Virus record (IMG/VR): IMGVR_UViG_3300033182_000487
Location: 49,149 to 113,148 of that record
Origin: a virus
Strand: one strand, 5' to 3'
Length of the DNA stretch: 64,000 nt
Position numbers and translations under genes: made by a program. The notes below the pieces were generated by a model. That model had not been told where the DNA came from, searched no databases, and saw only the letters and a program-made list of their open reading frames with translations. Below, one piece after another: positions 8,529 to 18,498 of the stretch (within the stretch, counting starts at the first letter, position 1; each line of letters begins with the position of its first letter).

Positions 8529-9971
8529 ATGGCCCTCGACACGAAGTATCGGCCCCAGACCTACGGACAGGTGCTGGGTCAGGAGGCCGCTGTGGCCGTC
8601 CTGCGGCAGTTCGTTGTCGAGGGCCGTGGATTCCATCAGTCCTACGTCTTCTGCGGACAGCACGGTTCCGGCAAGACCACCCTGGGGAGGCTCCTCGCCA
8701 GGGCCTTGCTGTGCGAGGCTCCCGTTGATGGGGAGCCTTGTGACCAGTGCTCGTCCTGCACGACCTTCCTGAGCGGCGACGTCCACGAGTGCTTCGTGGA
8801 ACTGGATGCGGCAACGAAGTCCGGGAAGGCTGATCTCGCTCGCATCCTGGAGGACATCCAGTACTCCACGGTGTCGGGCAAGCGCCGCATCTACCTGTTC
8901 GACGAGTCCCATCGGTTGTCGAAGCAGGCGCTCGACGCCCTGTTGAAGCCGATGGAGGACAACGTGCTGGGGTCGGAGGACAAGCGGCTCGTTTGCATCT
9001 TCTGCACCACCGAGCCGGACAAGATGGTCAGCACCATCTTCTCTCGCTGCGCCCCGGCCTTCGTGATCCGCTCCGCACCCCACGCGGAGATCGTGAAGCG
9101 GTTGGGGTGGATCTGCGAGCAGGAAGGCATCGAGGCTGACCCCGAGGCACTGGAACTGATCGTCGAGCAGTCGGAGTCCCACATCCGGGATGCGCTCAAG
9201 ATGGTCGAGGGCGTGTCGATGCTGGGTGGGGTGACGCGGGAGAACGCGGCCACCTACCTCCAGGTGGGGTCCAACGACGGGGTGTTGGACCTTCTGGATG
9301 CTCTGGGGTCTGACCTCTCGGCAGCGGTCGAACGCGCCACCAGCCTCTCGCGAGAGGTGAGCCCAGCCTCCGCTTACGAGCGTCTGGCCGAGGCTGCTAT
9401 GCTGGCTTACCGGGTCCACCTCGGTGTGGCCGGACGAGTCCCGGCGAAGTGGGACGCGGAGAAGGTGGAGGTTTTGTCCTCACAGGGGTCTGCATGGTTG
9501 AATGTGGCTACTCGTTTCGCCGCACCCCCACACCGACCGACGAGACAGACACTGGTGCTGGACGTTGCGACCGCGCACCACTTTTTCGGGGGTCAACTGC
9601 ATCCACAGGCGGGGGGGATCCCCCTGCCACACCCCCCGCCTTCGGTTCCTACGGCTTCCCCGCCCCCGTCCACCAGAGAAACCCGAACACCGTCAACACC
9701 TTGTGATCCTCCCGTGGGTAATGTCGGACATGCTTCCACAGACTCCTCAGCACACCTCACCTCCTCCAACGTCTGGGTTGACCCCAGAGCGGTTGGTGGT
9801 GGTCCGCAGGATCGTGCTGCTCCCACCTCCAACCCAACCGCCCCTACCGGGTTGCACGTCCTCAATCCGAACGTCTTCCGTGAGTTGGTGCAGCACCACC
9901 TGCGGAGGCTGAGGCGTGGACGCACGGGATCAGACAACATGGGTGGTGCTGGAACTCAGCCATCATGGTGA
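8529..9971 (+). CDS. dnaX: DNA polymerase III gamma/tau clamp-loader subunit
   Basis: KYRPQ, GQHGSGKTT, C..PC..C..C Zn site, ELDAA, DESH, ALLKPMED, SRC, RDAL. Confidence 0.9.
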   Translation: MALDTKYRPQTYGQVLGQEAAVAVLRQFVVEGRGFHQSYVFCGQHGSGKTTLGRLLARALLCEAPVDGEPCDQCSSCTTFLSGDVHECFVELDAATKSGKADLARILEDIQYSTVSGKRRIYLFDESHRLSKQALDALLKPMEDNVLGSEDKRLVCIFCTTEPDKMVSTIFSRCAPAFVIRSAPHAEIVKRLGWICEQEGIEADPEALELIVEQSESHIRDALKMVEGVSMLGGVTRENAATYLQVGSNDGVLDLLDALGSDLSAAVERATSLSREVSPASAYERLAEAAMLAYRVHLGVAGRVPAKWDAEKVEVLSSQGSAWLNVATRFAAPPHRPTRQTLVLDVATAHHFFGGQLHPQAGGIPLPHPPPSVPTASPPPSTRETRTPSTPCDPPVGNVGHASTDSSAHLTSSNVWVDPRAVGGGPQDRAAPTSNPTAPTGLHVLNPNVFRELVQHHLRRLRRGRTGSDNMGGAGTQPSW

Positions 9972-10455
9972 GCGAGCCGCCGAGGAGGGGATCCTTGAAG
10001 AAATCCTCCGTGATCACGCGGACCTGGACTACGACCACCCGATCTTCATCCCGTACCTGACCTACACCTACCAGGGGAAGCGGACCCTGCTCTCCGTCAT
10101 GGAGGGCTACGTCTTCGTGGCGTCTGGCTTCGACGACGCCAGCCGCGACCACTTTGCCCGATCCCCCTACATCAAGAAGATCCTCACCCGAGGGGCCAAC
10201 CACTACTCCCCCTACGAGACCGTATCTCAGGCTTCGGTGGACTCTTTGCGCCACCGACTACGCGAACTGATGGCGGTCGAGATCCGGGAGGGGATGGAGG
10301 TCCGTATTGTGGATGGGCCACTCAGTGGTATAAGTGGGAGCGTGGTGGGGGTGTTTGATACACATGCGACCCTCCTCGTAGAGATGCGGTCCATACGCGC
10401 CATCCAATATCTTCCGTGCTTCCTCCTACGACCCGTGAGTGACGAGCATGAGTAA
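9916..10455 (+). CDS. NusG-family transcription factor (NGN + KOW)
   Basis: W..LEL start, MEGYVFV, GMEVRIVDGPLSGISGSV KOW motif. Confidence 0.75.
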   Translation: MDARDQTTWVVLELSHHGERAAEEGILEEILRDHADLDYDHPIFIPYLTYTYQGKRTLLSVMEGYVFVASGFDDASRDHFARSPYIKKILTRGANHYSPYETVSQASVDSLRHRLRELMAVEIREGMEVRIVDGPLSGISGSVVGVFDTHATLLVEMRSIRAIQYLPCFLLRPVSDEHE

Positions 10456-11089
10456 CTATTGGTGCAGCCACATTGTCTTAGACCCCTCCGACATCGAGCG
10501 CATGTTCTCCAACGAGGACGGCCTCTCCACCTTCCCCGGCTCCACGGAGGAACTCTCGGACGAGAGCAAGGCCGAGTTGGAGCAGGTCAAGGGGGTGCTG
10601 GACCAGATCCCTCCCCGCGAAGCGGACTTCGTCGAACTCTACTTCTTCCAGCGCATCCGGCAGACCACCATCGCCTCGCTGTTCAACATCAGCCAGCCAA
10701 CCGTCTGCTACCGCCTGCAACGAGCCGCAGCCCGGATCCGCTACCTCCTCGACATGCCCAAGTACGACCCGTGGTTGATGGAGCAAGACCTCCGGGGCGT
10801 CCTCACTGACCCGAAGGACATCCAGATCATGATGGGCATGGTCGCCACGACCTGCCAGAGCGAGGTCGCGAAGGAACTCGGGGTCACGCAGGGCTTCGTC
10901 CGCCATCGGTACTTCCGCACCATCGGACGGCTCCAGAAGATGCGGGGGATGGAGCAGTACGTCCGGGTCTTTGAGCACGTCGCGGCGAACCTCAACATCC
11001 TCAAGGAGACCCACAGGTCGAAGTGGTCGGAGCCTGTGATCTACGTCGTCTCCGAGCACCCGACAGCGGTCGAAGCACAGCCCGCGTAG
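10448..11089 (+). CDS. Protein with tandem sigma-70 region-4-like HTH domains
   Basis: LDQIPPREADFVELYFF...QTTIASLFNISQPTVCYRLQRA and QSEVAKELGVTQGFVRHRYFR. Confidence 0.7.
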   Translation: MSNYWCSHIVLDPSDIERMFSNEDGLSTFPGSTEELSDESKAELEQVKGVLDQIPPREADFVELYFFQRIRQTTIASLFNISQPTVCYRLQRAAARIRYLLDMPKYDPWLMEQDLRGVLTDPKDIQIMMGMVATTCQSEVAKELGVTQGFVRHRYFRTIGRLQKMRGMEQYVRVFEHVAANLNILKETHRSKWSEPVIYVVSEHPTAVEAQPA

Positions 11090-11097
11090 GGGTAGGT

Positions 11098-11112
11098 CGG
11101 TAGTCGCTCTAT
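11098..11112 (+). promoter_or_regulatory. Class II (late) motif CGGTAG-N5-CTAT
   Basis: Exact consensus, about 34 nt before ATG 11146. Confidence 0.75.
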
Positions 11113-11145
11113 TCCATTTCTCCTGTGAGACTTTGGAGCGAGAGC

Positions 11146-11466
11146 ATGGAAGACACGAAGACCGTATCTGTCCGCCGGGTCGCGATGGCGAAGCGGCTTG
11201 CGGCGAAGTGGATCCGATCTCACGCAGAGCCCGAGTACCGTCTCACGGTCTACCGGGGGTCAGGTCGTGAGTCCCGGAATCTGCCCGGACTGCTGCGGTC
11301 GTTCCGTGACGGCAAGATCAAGATCGCCGCGACCGAGCCAGTCCGCGACATGGGCATCAAGGCGGCCTTCGACCACATCACTGTCTGGTCGAAGGACAGG
11401 GAGGGGCTCCAGCGCCTCTCTGATGCCCTCCAGAAGATGGGCTGCGAAACCACAGGGGTCTTCTGA
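11146..11466 (+). CDS. Hypothetical protein with RVA/RLAAKW tag
   Basis: GGAG RBS; follows class II motif. Confidence 0.65.
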   Translation: MEDTKTVSVRRVAMAKRLAAKWIRSHAEPEYRLTVYRGSGRESRNLPGLLRSFRDGKIKIAATEPVRDMGIKAAFDHITVWSKDREGLQRLSDALQKMGCETTGVF

Positions 11467-11894
11467 TGGCAGCGTCCCTCGCCCAGTCTGAGTTCGTCTA
11501 CAGGTCGGGCACGAGCCCGGACATCTACACGTTCACCATCGTTTCCGATTCCCAGGGGAACCTGTCGGTGCGGGACATCGAAGACCCCTATGGGTTCGTG
11601 ATCTCGCCGTACACCCAGATCCCGCAGAGCGTGACCGCCGACATCTCCTCTGCCATGTCAGCCGTGGAGACTATTTTGGCACTCACATCAGCCGTCAACG
11701 GCACCCTGACCTTCACCGCTGAGACATCGAAGTCCGTGACCTTCGCCGAGGCGTTCGCCGACACCTCGTACCGAGTCCAGACGACCTCCGATGTCTTCGC
11801 CCCCTTCCGCATCACAAACAAGACCGTCCTGGGCTTCACCATCCAGGCCGGAGCCACCATCACCGGGACCGTCGGGTACGACGTCTTCGTGTGA
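11466..11894 (+). CDS. Putative virion protein; C-terminal domain shared with 38354..39913
   Basis: SKSVTFAEAFADTSYRV...ITNKTVLGFTI resembles SETITFDIPAPDTNYTV...IRNKTATEFRI. Confidence 0.55.
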   Translation: MAASLAQSEFVYRSGTSPDIYTFTIVSDSQGNLSVRDIEDPYGFVISPYTQIPQSVTADISSAMSAVETILALTSAVNGTLTFTAETSKSVTFAEAFADTSYRVQTTSDVFAPFRITNKTVLGFTIQAGATITGTVGYDVFV

Positions 11895-11897
11895 TCA

Positions 11898-11912
11898 CGG
11901 TAGCGAGCCTAT
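11898..11912 (+). promoter_or_regulatory. Class II motif CGGTAG-N5-CTAT
   Basis: Exact consensus, about 30 nt before ATG 11942. Confidence 0.75.
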
Positions 11913-11941
11913 GCCCCCGTGGGGGTGACTGGAGATTCACA

Positions 11942-13870
11942 ATGACCACACTCCCCATCGAGCGTACTGCTTCGACCTTGCGCAAGGTCAAGTCCATCCT
12001 TCGTCGGTCGGGCCTTCTGGACAAGGTTGAACTTGGCGGACGAGGCAGCGATTGGAACGTCGAGGCTCCCGATGGGACGATCCAAGAGCAGGTTTCCGAC
12101 GCGCTCCGCAAAGCCGGGATCAACGTCGGCGGCTACCGCACCGGATACGGCGCATGGGTCTTGAGCGAGTCGTACCAGACCGACGACTACGACTTCAACA
12201 ACCCGGCGAGCCGCAGCCACTACGCCTCGGATCACCTGCCTGTCGAAACCCGCACCGCCGCGTCGTTCTTCGACATGTTCTTCAAGGAGAAGAACGTCCC
12301 GTACAAGGTCTTCGACGTGACGGACTCGCAGGGGATCACGCACAGCATCCCCAACGAGGTCGTGATCAACATGATCAAGCAGACCCGTGGCCGCGAGAAG
12401 GCGAAGATCGAGGAGACGCTTCGCATGATCGACTTCAAGAACGGGGATGTGAACCACTACCTCCAGCACCTCGCTCGCGGTCTGGCCGAGCAGTACAGCG
12501 GAACTCTCCGCTTCGCTTCCGAGCAGCAGGCCGAGAAGTTTGAAGCCGAGGCCGAAGCCGCCGAGGCACAGGCCGAAGCCGACCGCCAGAAGGCCGATGC
12601 CTCCCGCTTGAAGGCGGCGGGTCTTGGACCTGTCGCCCAGACCATCCTTGACCAGATGGGTGGCAATCGAGTTCTGGCGATGCTTGGGGTCAACCGCCTT
12701 GTTGATCTCCGCAACGGCATCGGGATCGGCTGGCCCAACCGCCAGCGGTCGAAGGGCAACTACGTCGAGATCATGCTCAACGGGAAAGACCTGTACGACA
12801 TGACCTTCTACAACCTCTCCATGCGGGGGAAGAAGAAGGTCAAGGAGTTCAAGGATCTCTACAACGACTCGCTGGCCGATACCTTTGAGGGTCAGACGGG
12901 GTGGTATCTCCGCATGGCGTCCGACAAGGCCGCTGCTGGTGGCCTCTACGGCTACACGAAGGGCACCCAGCGGGACGTGGAAGCGTCCATCCGCAAGGCC
13001 CAGCGCCGTGCCGCCAGCATCGCCAAGACCCTCTACGCGAAGGACGAGCGGAGCGTGGACTTCTTGAAGGCCCACGCGAAGCGGGCCAACAGCAAGACCG
13101 CTCGCCTGATCCTGGCTGCCATGAAGACCATCGGACCCCGCGTGGCGTCCGAGACGCTTCCGAGCGAGCGTCATGCCTCGATCTACCACGCCTCTGAGCA
13201 GGAGCAGTTGGAGTACGTCGTCGATGCTCTCCGTCTGGCGGGTGAGCAGGGACTCCGTGTGGACGGCCTCCCCCGCAAGGGTGCCCTGGCCGCTCAGAGC
13301 AAGGGCCTTGCCGACGCCGAGCGCGGCTACCTCTACATCACCCGGAAGGGTCGGAACGTCCGCATGGCTGCCGAGGAGAAGGTCGCTGGTGGCCTCTACG
13401 GCTACCCCACGAAGACCGCCCGTCTCGCACTGGTCGCTTGCTCCGACCTCCGCGCCTACGTCGGCGAGGTTGCCTACGGGCTGCACAGCCGCCGCACGGC
13501 CCGGTACGACCGGATCACCGGCTTCCTCAAGGAGCACGGCAAGACCGCGAAGTGCGCCTACTCCCGCATGATCCTCGACTGCTACCCCGACGCTCCGGTG
13601 TCGAAGCAGGCGAAGGAGGAGTACCCCTGGCCCGAGTGCATCGCTGACCAGGAGAAGCAGTACGGCAGCAAGGAGACCGCCGAGAAGGTCTGCGGCAAGA
13701 TCAAGGCTCAGTCGCAGGGCAAGAGCGCAGGGGCCAAGGACTATGGGATCATGGGGGGCAAGTTGGCCTCCAGCGAGATGCTCAAGAAGGCGTTCGTTCC
13801 TGACTCGGTGGACGGCTGGCTGGAGTGGGAGGACGGCTCCCGTACCGCTGCCACCCGACGCCGTGGTTGA
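11942..13870 (+). CDS. Multi-module (polyprotein-like) hypothetical protein
   Basis: Small domains separated by RTA/RFA/RMA/RVA/RHA/KVA/KQA linkers; two GGLYGY domains; start moved to the ATG with GGAG RBS. Confidence 0.75.
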   Translation: MTTLPIERTASTLRKVKSILRRSGLLDKVELGGRGSDWNVEAPDGTIQEQVSDALRKAGINVGGYRTGYGAWVLSESYQTDDYDFNNPASRSHYASDHLPVETRTAASFFDMFFKEKNVPYKVFDVTDSQGITHSIPNEVVINMIKQTRGREKAKIEETLRMIDFKNGDVNHYLQHLARGLAEQYSGTLRFASEQQAEKFEAEAEAAEAQAEADRQKADASRLKAAGLGPVAQTILDQMGGNRVLAMLGVNRLVDLRNGIGIGWPNRQRSKGNYVEIMLNGKDLYDMTFYNLSMRGKKKVKEFKDLYNDSLADTFEGQTGWYLRMASDKAAAGGLYGYTKGTQRDVEASIRKAQRRAASIAKTLYAKDERSVDFLKAHAKRANSKTARLILAAMKTIGPRVASETLPSERHASIYHASEQEQLEYVVDALRLAGEQGLRVDGLPRKGALAAQSKGLADAERGYLYITRKGRNVRMAAEEKVAGGLYGYPTKTARLALVACSDLRAYVGEVAYGLHSRRTARYDRITGFLKEHGKTAKCAYSRMILDCYPDAPVSKQAKEEYPWPECIADQEKQYGSKETAEKVCGKIKAQSQGKSAGAKDYGIMGGKLASSEMLKKAFVPDSVDGWLEWEDGSRTAATRRRG

Positions 13871-13959
13871 CAGGAGGGTGAGAAGCGGTCGCTTCCACAC
13901 TCCCATCCCCACCCCGAAGACATTGACGAATGGAACCCCGTGATCGAGGACGACGAGAC

Positions 13960-14790
13960 ATGAGCCAGCACCAGCGCGACAAGCAGGCGTACTTGAACGC
14001 CACACCCATGCAGCGGGAAGTGGTGCGTCGGCTCCTGTGCGACGTGCTGGCGTGTTTGAGAGCGCAGTATCTCTCGTACCAGACCTCGCACTGGCAGGTC
14101 GTCGGACAGTCCTTCTACGGCAACCACCTGCTGTTTGAGCGGCTGTACTCGTCCGTCCTGCTCCAGATCGACTCCCTCGCCGAGAAGTTGGTCGGCTACC
14201 TCGGGCGTGACGTCGTTGACCTCTCCGGCCAGTTGGAGAAGATCTGGGAGTACACCTCGGTGTGGACGCAGATCGACTGCCACCACAAGCGAGGCATCCG
14301 GTCAGAGCAGGACATCCAGGCCGCGCTCCAGCGTGCCTACGACGGGATCAAGCAGGCCAAGGCGATGACCCTGGGCCTCGACGACTGGATCATGGCCACG
14401 GCCAACATCCACGAGGAGAACGAGTACCTCCTCCAGCAGGCGCTGACCCCAGTGCCCGGACAGAAGCGGGCATCGACCGACGAGGGCTACTTCTACGACG
14501 CCCCCGACCACCACGTCGTCCTGGACTTCGCAAAGAGCCGCGCCATCACCAACGATGTGGATGTCGCCAAAGACGCTGCCGCCGAAGATCACCTCGACAT
14601 TCCCGAATCACAGGCTGTCACCGAAGCCGAGGAAGCCCCGCCTCTCCCGACGGAGATCGCGCAGGAGCCTGGTGGCGCATCCGTTTCCACGCTGAATCAG
14701 TACGTCATCACGTCGGAAGACCCCGTGGCTGAGAAGGCTGTCGCCATGAACAAGGCCCACATGGCCGCATGGCTCAAGGAGTTGACCTGA
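13960..14790 (+). CDS. Dps/ferritin-like protein with acidic C-terminal extension
   Basis: HWQVVGQSFYGNHLLFERLY...IDSLAEK Dps signature. Confidence 0.8.
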   Translation: MSQHQRDKQAYLNATPMQREVVRRLLCDVLACLRAQYLSYQTSHWQVVGQSFYGNHLLFERLYSSVLLQIDSLAEKLVGYLGRDVVDLSGQLEKIWEYTSVWTQIDCHHKRGIRSEQDIQAALQRAYDGIKQAKAMTLGLDDWIMATANIHEENEYLLQQALTPVPGQKRASTDEGYFYDAPDHHVVLDFAKSRAITNDVDVAKDAAAEDHLDIPESQAVTEAEEAPPLPTEIAQEPGGASVSTLNQYVITSEDPVAEKAVAMNKAHMAAWLKELT

Positions 14791-17700
14791 TGCCACCCCG
14801 CCCTTCCATGGCCTCCATGGCCGTCTCAGACCGCGCCTTCATGCAGTACCTGCGGACGTTTGGGCGCAACCCGAAGATCGTGGACCTGGTCCAGATCTAC
14901 AAGGATCTCAAGGACAACTTCGATGGCGAGATCATCGAGGGTGAGGTCGAGGACGGGGACGAGACCGTCGCTCGTGATGACTGGTTCCGTCGGTTCCAGC
15001 GAGCCCTGCTCCAGATGGAGTTGGAGGTCGATGCCGAGCCGTCGATCAACGCCATCGACGACAAGGGCAGCGAGATCAAGACCCTTCTGCGCCGACTGGG
15101 CAGCCAGGGGAAACTCAGTGCGAACCTCTGGCGTCGGCTGATCCCAGCGTACTCGGAACTGCTGCGGACCCTGGTTGCTGACAAAGACCTCTACTGGGCA
15201 CCCCGCGCCATCCCCGGACGGGACGGTGTGCGGTGGATCCAGTTGCGGAACGCCAGCCCGAAGCAGCGGGTCGTGGAGCAGGTCCGTCGGGATGATCCCG
15301 CTCTCTACGAGCGGATCCAGATGTCGAAGGACCAGCGCAGCAGCATGGACGACAAGATCAACAAGCGCATCGGGAAGATGGGCCTGGAGACTGGTCGCCA
15401 GCGCATCCGTGGTCGCTTCATCCAGGTCGGTGTTGACCCCGCTCTGATCCCCAACACGGTCACCGTGCGTGAGACCTACCGCGAGGCGGACCCGGACAAC
15501 CCCCGGAAGAAGATCCGCAAGACCCGGACGTACACGCTCTCCCGAGAGGAGGCCATGGAGCGCCTCGATGACCCCAGCGTCGTCGCGTCTCTCCCGTCGG
15601 AGTCCGTCCTGGTCTTCGACGACGACGGGTCCGTTGCTTCCCGCGAGGACTTCACCGCCAAGGTGGATGCGGTGAACGACGCCTACAAGGGCCTGTCGAA
15701 GATCAACCAGTTGGTCCACAAGAAGCGCGGAGGCAAGGGCTACGCCTACATCGACCCCGAAGAACTCCGCAGCGTCGGACGTGAGGAGTTTGAGGAAGCC
15801 TTCGGAGCCAACCCGAAGCCCGACGAGTACGTCGCCCTCACCGACGACCCCTACAAGAGCACCGCGCTCACGAAGATCTACCCGGTCAAGGAGTACCGGG
15901 GGAAGCAGATCATCACCGCCGGACGCTTCAAGGGCTACTACGTCTCCGACCTGGTGAACCGGGCTGGCCGCCTCATTGAGGGCTCCAGCACCTACTACAA
16001 CCCGGACACCGGAGAGATCGACCGCCGCGAGGTCACGAACGAGGACGGCTCCGTGAACGTCCGCAAGATCACCGAGCCCTACGTCACCGTGGACCGAGGC
16101 AAACTCCTCCTGACCCTGGAGGGCGGCACAGGCAAGAGCGCCCTGCTGCGCCAGTCGGTCCGGCAACTGACCCGCGTGGTCCCGAGCATCGTCTACGAGG
16201 AGGGCACGAAGAACCGCGTCTTCCGCTTTGACCCCAAGGACTTCGCTGCCATCCGCGAGGCCATCGGTGCCATGGCCCTGTCCAACACCGCGTCCCGGAT
16301 GCTCCAGAAGTACTTCGACAAGTTGGCGAAGGCCGAGCGGGCGACCTCCGAGCAGAGCATCAAGCGGTACAGCAAGGAGAAGTTGGGCCTGACCGTGAAC
16401 CTGCGCGAGCAGCAAGCACAGGCTGTCGCGTGGCTCGACGCCAACGACAACACCGGCATCTGCGCCCTGGACACGGGCGTCGGCAAGACCGGTGTGGCCG
16501 TCGCCACCATGCAGAACCTCCGGCGCAAGCCCGACGTGATGAAGGAAGGCAACGGACGCTTCCTGTTCGTCTGCAAGCGAGCCCTCGCCGGGAACCTCCC
16601 GAAGGAGATCTTCAAGTTCGTCGAGGGGGCACAGGCCGACGAGTTGGTCGAGATGACCGACATCGTGACCTACTTCACTTTCAGCAAGAACCGGGACAAG
16701 GACGAGAACTGGGGCGATGACTACGTCGCCATCTTCTTCGACGAGGCCCACGAGCGGTTGAAGAAGATGGAGAGCGCCTTCTACAAGAAGATCAGCGCCT
16801 GCAAGGCGAGGCGCAAGATCCTTCTGACTGCCTCCCCGATGGTGCGGTCCCCGAAGGAGGTCTTCACCCTCGCCTCCGTCGCCAACGGCGTGGACCTCAA
16901 CACGAAGGAAGGCCGCGCTGCCCTGCGGAAGTTCACCAACCGCTTCGCCGAGACAGTCGGTGGTCGCGTGGTTGGGATCAAGCGGGTGGACGACAGCACG
17001 TTCGCCTACAAGAACTACGTCCGGGCCGAGGAAGAAGCCGGGCGCGTTCCCCTCTCCCGAGAGGAGTGGCCTGGTCAGGTGGACCCCATCGTGACCCGCG
17101 ACTTCAACTCCTGGGTCAAGTCCAACCTCTTTTACGCGGACAAGCGGGACGTGATGGACGAGGAAGGCAAGAAGTTGGAGGAGTTGAACGTCCGTGAGCC
17201 TGAGACGGTCAACATGACCCCCGAGGTCGAGAAGATCTACCGCAAGACCATGAAGGACGTGGTCAAGGCCCTCCGCGAGGTCACGCAGAAGAAGTACAAG
17301 GGCAACCGAGCCCTCGCCATCGAGGCCGCGAAGGTCAAGTTGCGGCGGGAACTGGCGCTCCTGACCCGACTGAGCGACGTGCCCAACCTGGTGATCCCAG
17401 GCCAGCCCAACCCGAAGATCGACAGGGCCCAGAGCATCGTCGAGCAGGCGTCGGGCCGCTCCATCCTGTTCACCGACTCCCCGGACATGGCGAAGGCCGC
17501 GTTCGACCAGTTGAGCACCATGCCCGGCAAGGGCACGGCCATGGCGCTGTCGGACGGCATCTACATGCAGCCCGTCCGGGGCGAGATGATCCGCTTCACC
17601 GCAAAGAAGTACCCCGACTTCGACAAGAAGGCGGGCAAGGGTCGAGGCTTCCTGCTCAAGTACGAGAACGGGATGGCAAAGGTCGTCCGCAACGAGAACC

Positions 17701-18203
17701 CCCGAGTGCGCGGGTTCCACCGAGCCAAGAAGGACGCCTGGAAGGTCATCGTCCTCCAGAAGATCATCCAGCGTGACCCCACCATCAACACGCTGACCCT
17801 GACTGGCACCTACGCCGTGGGTCAGAACCTCCAGTCCTTCACCAACGTCATCCATCTCGACCGTGACGACTGGTCCAACGAGACCATGAAGCAGCGGTCC
17901 GCCCGTGCATGGCGCGCTGGGCAGAGCGAGATCGTCAACGAGTACACCATCGACACCGTGTACCAGGACGCCGTGTCCAACGACGACGCGGACAAGACGC
18001 TCGACGAGATCCGCAGGATCATCCAGGGCATGGATGCCGATCTGTTCAACGAGGTCGTCCTGGAGTCCCAGGTCGCTCGACTGGGCGAGGAGTGGGCCGA
18101 GGTCAAGAAGCAGCGGTCCATGCTCCACCAGGTTGACCGCCAGATGATGGAACGCGCCCTCTCACCCTACGCCAGCCAGATGGGCCGACAGGAGAAGCCA
18201 TGA
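14790..18203 (+). CDS. SNF2-like superfamily 2 helicase
   Basis: DTGVGKT, FFDEAH, LTASP, GQNLQ, QRSARAWRAGQ. Confidence 0.85.
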   Translation: MPPRPSMASMAVSDRAFMQYLRTFGRNPKIVDLVQIYKDLKDNFDGEIIEGEVEDGDETVARDDWFRRFQRALLQMELEVDAEPSINAIDDKGSEIKTLLRRLGSQGKLSANLWRRLIPAYSELLRTLVADKDLYWAPRAIPGRDGVRWIQLRNASPKQRVVEQVRRDDPALYERIQMSKDQRSSMDDKINKRIGKMGLETGRQRIRGRFIQVGVDPALIPNTVTVRETYREADPDNPRKKIRKTRTYTLSREEAMERLDDPSVVASLPSESVLVFDDDGSVASREDFTAKVDAVNDAYKGLSKINQLVHKKRGGKGYAYIDPEELRSVGREEFEEAFGANPKPDEYVALTDDPYKSTALTKIYPVKEYRGKQIITAGRFKGYYVSDLVNRAGRLIEGSSTYYNPDTGEIDRREVTNEDGSVNVRKITEPYVTVDRGKLLLTLEGGTGKSALLRQSVRQLTRVVPSIVYEEGTKNRVFRFDPKDFAAIREAIGAMALSNTASRMLQKYFDKLAKAERATSEQSIKRYSKEKLGLTVNLREQQAQAVAWLDANDNTGICALDTGVGKTGVAVATMQNLRRKPDVMKEGNGRFLFVCKRALAGNLPKEIFKFVEGAQADELVEMTDIVTYFTFSKNRDKDENWGDDYVAIFFDEAHERLKKMESAFYKKISACKARRKILLTASPMVRSPKEVFTLASVANGVDLNTKEGRAALRKFTNRFAETVGGRVVGIKRVDDSTFAYKNYVRAEEEAGRVPLSREEWPGQVDPIVTRDFNSWVKSNLFYADKRDVMDEEGKKLEELNVREPETVNMTPEVEKIYRKTMKDVVKALREVTQKKYKGNRALAIEAAKVKLRRELALLTRLSDVPNLVIPGQPNPKIDRAQSIVEQASGRSILFTDSPDMAKAAFDQLSTMPGKGTAMALSDGIYMQPVRGEMIRFTAKKYPDFDKKAGKGRGFLLKYENGMAKVVRNENPRVRGFHRAKKDAWKVIVLQKIIQRDPTINTLTLTGTYAVGQNLQSFTNVIHLDRDDWSNETMKQRSARAWRAGQSEIVNEYTIDTVYQDAVSNDDADKTLDEIRRIIQGMDADLFNEVVLESQVARLGEEWAEVKKQRSMLHQVDRQMMERALSPYASQMGRQEKP

Positions 18204-18484
18204 ACATCACCGATCCGGTCACCGTCGAGGAGTGGGGCCAGTACATCAGCAAACTGAGCGGGGCGAAGTTGTTTTCGCAGGCCATCGCCGCCAACACCCT
18301 CGACTTCGTGTTGGGGTTGCAAGAGGAAGGCTTTGGCAGCGACGAGATCACTGACATCCTGCTCATGTTCGCCCGCCAGTTCGACAAAGTCGATCTGGAC
18401 CTTCCCAACGGCATCCCTGGCGAGTACCTGTCCTACCCGGACCTGCTCGACTCGGTAGACCGTCTATCAGCCTCCCAGACGTAA
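18200..18484 (+). CDS. Hypothetical protein
   Basis: AGGAG RBS, ATGA overlap. Confidence 0.65.
   Translation: MNITDPVTVEEWGQYISKLSGAKLFSQAIAANTLDFVLGLQEEGFGSDEITDILLMFARQFDKVDLDLPNGIPGEYLSYPDLLDSVDRLSASQT
18453..18467 (+). promoter_or_regulatory. Class II motif CGGTAG-N5-CTAT
   Basis: Exact consensus, about 32 nt before ATG 18499. Confidence 0.75.
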
Positions 18485-18498
18485 AGGAGAACCCCACC

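Noticed and set aside
9560-9971. Programmed frameshift in dnaX near the T5/G5 and G7 runs
   Set aside because: No A-AAA-AAG-type slippery site with a supporting stem; the frame simply continues as a Pro-rich tail.
14826-18128. 1100-aa ORF on the - strand (also 11909..14005, 24775..26691, 48069..49598, 52678..54366)
   Set aside because: Antisense shadows of real + strand genes, expected with high GC3; no motifs.
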